The notes under the pieces: generated by a model
The model's database searches: none
Seen by the model: only the letters and a program-made list of their open reading frames with translations
Told to the model about the DNA's origin: nothing
In this document: positions 23,855 through 28,885 of the stretch, in pieces
Numbering within the stretch: position 1 is the first letter of the stretch
How the letters are laid out: every line of letters starts with the position of its first letter
Assembly (NCBI RefSeq): GCF_000143415.4
Contig: NW_003314264.1
Location: forward strand, 1 to 28,885
Direction: 5' to 3'
DNA length: 28,885 nt
Source of the DNA: Selaginella moellendorffii
Taxonomy: Eukaryota > Plantae > Lycopodiophyta
Made by a program: the position numbers and the translations under genes

Positions 23855-24337
23855 TTTCTTTGCCCTTATTAAAGTCAAAACCCTAGCCTCAAGCTATAAA
23901 AATTTACAATCTCAACCGTTTCTGAAAATAAATATAAAAAATTCAAAGCGTGTCCCTAGGAGTTCTACTCTTGCTCTTGACTTTTTGAGTTGGAGCTTGT
24001 CGTCCAAACATGTTATGCTTGTTGGACTTATGCTTTGGCCACTACCTCCAAACATGTTATGCCTTTTGGACTTATGCTTTGGCCACTACCATGTGGCACA
24101 CTTTCAGCTTTATTTGGGGTTTAGAGATTTGTGTCTTATAACTCCACCACCCATAGACAGAAGTTCAATATCCTCATATTAGTGTAATTAATAAGTGAAT
24201 TTGCTTTTTGTAAGATAATAAGAAACTTAGAACTATGATAGAACAAATCGGTAACTGAAGTAATAACCCAACCGTTCAATGTCGTCCAGTGGCGATGGAA
24301 AACCTAAAGTTAATGAGCCCTAACCTCCCAAAATGCC
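23855..24337. promoter_or_regulatory. Short divergent (bidirectional) promoter region of the LRR-RLK and CFAP57
   Basis: 483 bp between opposed ATGs. CAACCGTT at 23913-23920 and 24269-24276, TAACTG at 24252-24257, telo-box-like AAACCCTA at 23878-23885. Transcription starts not determinable from sequence. Confidence 0.65.
23957..24140 (-). mobile_element. Z-family LTR fragment with an internal 44-bp tandem duplication
   Basis: Matches the reverse complement of 9837-~9980 (ends GATTTGTGTCTTATA vs GATTTTGTGTCTCACA). Duplication at 24003-24046 / 24047-24090. Confidence 0.8.
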
Positions 24338-27300
24338 ATGGCAAACCAGCTAATTCCCACGCATGTCTTTGGCTTGAACGGGACACAGAAAGGGTGCTTG
24401 TATTTTCTTGATGATGCTACATTTTTATATCCAGCTGGTCACAATGTGGTTATTCAAACTGTGGATCAAAAACAACAAAAAATCATTGCCGGCACTCCCG
24501 ATACATATGGAATTACAGCACTGGCACTCAGCCCCAGCAAGAAGATTGTTGCAATTGCAGAGAGGGCGCCCCCGTTTATGCTTGGTTCAGAGCGGCGTGC
24601 GTCGAGTGCAAGCTCTGAATCCAGGAGTTCCGTTATACCTACTGATGCGAGGTCAATGGAAGGTGCGGAATCCGAGGGTCGAACTATTTCACCAGACACA
24701 AAAGGTCCTATCATTAGTTTATACGAAACTGTCACTTTGAAGAAGAAGAAAGTGTTAGCAGGAACAGAATTCGTTGCCAGTACCAGAGAATATGTTTCGT
24801 TGTGTTTTAGCTCAGACGGGAGGTCTATTGTTGCTCAAGCAGGTGGACCGGACTGGAATCTTGTCGTTTGGGGTTTAGAAAAGTCAAAAGTTGTAGCATC
24901 TGTGAAGTCTTCTAATCAGCTTGCAGAAGTATATCAGGTATTCATATTATACTTACTTAAAAAAAGGTTACAATGTCTTCTCAGGTTTTATATTGTCCAG
25001 CCGATGCCTCTTTGGTGACCGTAGTAGGAGATGGATTTGCTAAACACTTTAAGTTGACAGAAACGGCGTTCAGACAAATTGCAACAGAGATTGTTAAGCG
25101 TGAAAGCAATTGGTTATGGCATACATGGCTCTGTGAGCCCGGGGAACACGATGAAAAAGACCGGGACAACAAAGACCCAGCCATTTACGTGTCAGACACT
25201 GGTGAACTTGTTTATGTAGAGGGCGGGGAGGTACGGTCCAGTTTAAGTTGATAGCGTCCTAAATCCTGACTTACAAGCAGGTTATCAGCACGCTTCTACC
25301 GGATAACTCGGATGGTCCTCCAGAAACAGAGCTTACGATATACTACTCAAAGGGGTTTATTTGTGGTGGCTCTGGTGGTAAAATATCATTTTACGAAAAA
25401 ACCGAGGAGAAAGATGTTAAAGAAGGGTTCAAAAAAGTCTGCTCTTTCAAAGTTGACAATGCAAATTCAAAAATCCGCGGCCTTGCTTTGTCACCTAGTG
25501 AAGAGTTGCTTGTTTGTACACTGGATAACAACCAATTAGCATCCGTCCTATTGCAGCAGAAAGACACATTTAAGCCTGGCGAGGTTCCAAAGGAGGTCAC
25601 TATTCAGGTTCGGTTCACATTTTACACGTTGACAACCATACAACCTGAACTAAAGAGTGCAGGCTTTCCATACAGACAGCATCACTGGGCTGGATGTTTG
25701 CATCCGAAAACCGATCATAGTGACTTGTAGTATGGATAGAAGCGTCCGAGTCTGGAACTACCAAGATAGGCAGTGCGAAGTTGTCAAGTTCTTTCAAGAA
25801 GAAGCCTTTTCGGTTGCTTTACATCCGACAGGTTGTATTTGTGCACATCTCATTCTGCGACATTGAATTTGGACTTTTTAGGATTTTACGCACTTGTTGG
25901 CTTCACTGACAAGCTCAGATTTATGAATTTACTGATTGACGACATCCGGATATGTAAGGAAATTGGAATTAAAGGTTGCCAGGAATGTGTTTTCAGCAAT
26001 GGAGGACAATATTTTGCTGCTGTGCACGTCAACGTCATTCAAATCTTCTCCACATATACGTGCGAGAATGTTGGAAACTTACGCGGGCACAGTGGCAAGG
26101 TAGACTTATGAATGTTGTGGTTTATCCGACTTCTTTCCTTTTTAGGTCCGTTCAATATGGTGGTCTGCAGACGACACTACAATTGTGTCAGCAGGAGCTG
26201 ACGGTGCTTTATATGAATGGAGAATGAAAGACTTTAAGCGTAACCGAGAAAATGTTATGAAAGGTTGCATTTATACCTCCGTAACCAGTGTCACAGGCTC
26301 CCGTTCTTTCTTTGCGGTTGGATCTGATAGGAAGTTAAAAGAGCTGGATGAAAACCAAGTGATTAAGGTGGGCTAGTCTTAACTAAACATGCAGAATGAC
26401 AACCTCAATTTCAGGTTTTCCCCAGTGCAATTATGCTTACTCAAATTGAGCTTCCTGACAACAGTCGACTATTATTTGCTGCCACAGAAATAGGCACAAT
26501 GCGGACCTACAGATTCCCTTTGACAGGTATGTTAGTACTAGGCATACTATCTGTTTTATCATGTCTGGGAACTGCACCAGGGGAATATCAAGAAGTTCAA
26601 GCAAGCACTGCACCGATTACAAGGGTCCGTGTTAGTCACGACGCAAATCTCCTAGCTTGTGTAGGGGAGGATGGAATACTATCATTGTTTGATGTCAAGG
26701 ACAGGGAAAAAGCCATTGTTTCAGTCGGTCTTAGACGTGAGAAGGAAGCACTTGGATTTGCAGACGAGGTTCTCATTACGAAAAGTGATTTAGATGACAT
26801 GCGTCAGCACATACAAGAGCTCGAAGAGAGAGTGAGGGTTTTGTTTTTGGTATCCTTATAATTGACTTTTTATTCAGGTCAAGGAACTTGAATCAGAAAA
26901 TGAGTACCAGCTTCGCCTCAAAGACATGGCTGCAAATGAAAGAGTGAAAGCCTTGACTGAACAATATGAGCAACAGCTTCAAGGAGCACAAGAACGTCAT
27001 GATAAGCTTCTACAACTGAAAAATCAGGAGGTATGAATCACATTTTCATAGATTTTATCCAAGGAATGGGTTTTACTTTAGGGGATAGATATGGAGCAAA
27101 AGCAAATGAAATCTGAAGAAAAACACATCCTTCAAATGAAAGAGTTGGAAGAGCAATGGCAAAAGAAAATGATGGCAGAGGTTGAAAGGTGCTACTTACA
27201 TTTATCCATCAGCTGTATTTAGCTTGTGCACACAACTCAGATATGCAAGCCTGGGTCGAGAAAAAGATGTTTTAAACGAATCCTGGGAAGAAAAGCATGC

Positions 27301-28824
27301 AAACGTTGTTCAGGGACATGAGAGAGTTGTGCAGGTCTGGTTAAGCTTAATGTTTGTGCTGAAGTTGGCGGCTTTATTGAATGAAATAGGAATTGACTGA
27401 GGAGTTCGAGACAAAACTATCCGAGGAAAACACTCTTCGAGAGCAAGTACAGGAAGATCTCAAACAAGCTAACCGTGATTTTGAGGAAATCAAACACCAA
27501 ACAGAAGAAGACACTGATAGAGAAATTGAGGATTTGAAAGAAAAGTATTACTTCGATTTATTTTGTAAAATGTTTTTCAGTTTTAAATTTTTTCTTTGTA
27601 TAGGTATGAGGCCAAGCTTGTACAAGAAAAAGAGATTGTACTAAGACTAAAGGGAGAGAATGGCCTACTTAAGAAAAAGTTTAATGAGTATCAAAAAGAT
27701 ATGGAAGAACAAAAGGGAGAAATTAAAGCCCTCTTTGAACAGAAAAAAGAACTTTATCAGACACTTGCATATTTTGAGCGTGACATCAAGTAAGAAACGA
27801 ATTTCATAAGTTTTGCTAATCCTCCGAGTTGCAGTGGGTTAAAGAAAGATATTATTGAGAGAGACGAAACTATAGGTGAAAAAGAAAAACGAATATACGA
27901 GTTAAAGCGGAAAACACAGGTATTGAGAAAATTTAAATAGTGGTAACATGCTAAAAAAGAATGGTTGCAGGAGTTAGAGAAAGTGAAGTTTGTGCTGGAT
28001 TATAAAATAAAAGATTTAAAACATACAATTGAGCCAAGAGAATTTGAACTTCAAACTGCCAAATCGCAAATTTGGAATATGGAAAAAGAGCTCGAAAGGT
28101 ACACAAGTTTATTTATTTTTAAGTGCTCAAAAATCTTTTATACAGAGCTCACAATGGCAACACCCGCAAGCAGCTCACTATTGCTGAATTAAAGCTTAAA
28201 TTAGACGGTTTTACAAGAGAGGTTGCTGACATTCGGCGTAGAAACTTTGATGCAAGATATGCTATAAAAAATCTACAACATGACTTTTATGAGCTCACAC
28301 AGCTTATTGAGGTATAAAATCCTGTGATTTTGCATAATATAATATGTTACGTTGCAGGATCCTGTCGGCCTTAAAGAGGCTGTGAAAGAGTTAAATGAGA
28401 AGTATGTATCAAATAAAGTGACTATGACTCCAGTGGATGATGATTTACTAGCGGAAGGGGCTCGGCAACGAGATTATCTAGAACGAACGGTACGTTGTCA
28501 TATCTTGTAATCTTAGTCTGATGGTCATACATTTACATTCAGGTGGATAGTTTGCAAAGGAAACTTTCTAAAGACTCAGATTCAAGTCATAAAAACCATT
28601 TACGAATAATGCGAGAAAATGTAACGCTCATAAAAGAACTGAATGAGCTTCGACGTGAGTTGAAAGTTATGAAACTCACCCAGCAGAAAGGTGGTCAAAG
28701 GAAAGATGGTGAAGGAGATTCTTTGCAATTGGGAGCTATTTTGCAAGGAGAACTTGATGACCTAAAGATGAAATTTGACCAGGAAAGAACCAAGGATCAA
28801 CGAATTAGAAAAGCTTCTCACTGA
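24338..28824 (+). CDS. CFAP57: Cilia- and flagella-associated protein 57 (WDR65/FAP57): WD40 repeats plus long coiled coil, ~1210 aa
   Basis: 18 exons: 24338-24937, 24985-25230, 25281-25607, 25663-25831, 25882-26099, 26146-26367, 26415-26526, 26581-26831, 26878-27030, 27082-27188, 27241-27334, 27390-27544, 27604-27789, 27835-27919, 27971-28098, 28146-28311, 28358-28489, 28543-28824 (3633 nt, all GT-AG, introns 45-59 nt). Diagnostic motifs: [119 protein letters not shown]. Confidence 0.95.
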
Positions 28825-28885
28825 AATTGAGACAGTTGAACTACGCCCAAAATTCAACACGCGAACTCCAACCATAGACATGGTT

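Noticed and set aside
23855-23878. Non-ATG start at 23878 given in the ORF track for the RLK
   Set aside because: It is a TTG codon; the ATG at 23854 directly begins the signal peptide.
24333-24347. TGCCATGGCA palindrome resembling an RFX X-box of animal ciliary genes
   Set aside because: Explained by the GCCATGG start context plus an Ala codon; imperfect match, and plants lack RFX factors.

Overview
Eukaryotic nuclear DNA from a land plant with flagellated sperm. The uniformly tiny introns (43-59 nt), plant-type LRR-RLK and intact axonemal gene fit a Selaginella-like lycophyte; this taxonomic call is inference. The left ~19 kb is mostly decayed transposons: an LTR end with a tRNA-iMet PBS, a 162-bp solo LTR with a perfect 5-bp TSD, a Helitron-like 3' end, a GC-rich rearranged LTR complex with 6/11/12/23/35-bp tandem repeats, a degenerate Ty3/gypsy chromovirus pol, and further gag/RT fragments. 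The right ~9.5 kb has three apparently intact genes: a 3-exon nucleotide-diphospho-sugar transferase (+), a 2-exon LRR receptor-like kinase with a probably dead kinase domain (-), and an 18-exon CFAP57/WDR65 (+). The RLK and CFAP57 are head-to-head across 483 bp, with one CAACCGTT MYB (DUO1-type) motif about 60 bp from each ATG. This is the most interesting hypothesis here: a sperm-programme bidirectional promoter driving an axonemal gene and a pseudokinase receptor. Most ORFs in the supplied track between 1 and 19000 are TE remnants or repeat artefacts. All calls are from manual reading; no database search was run.
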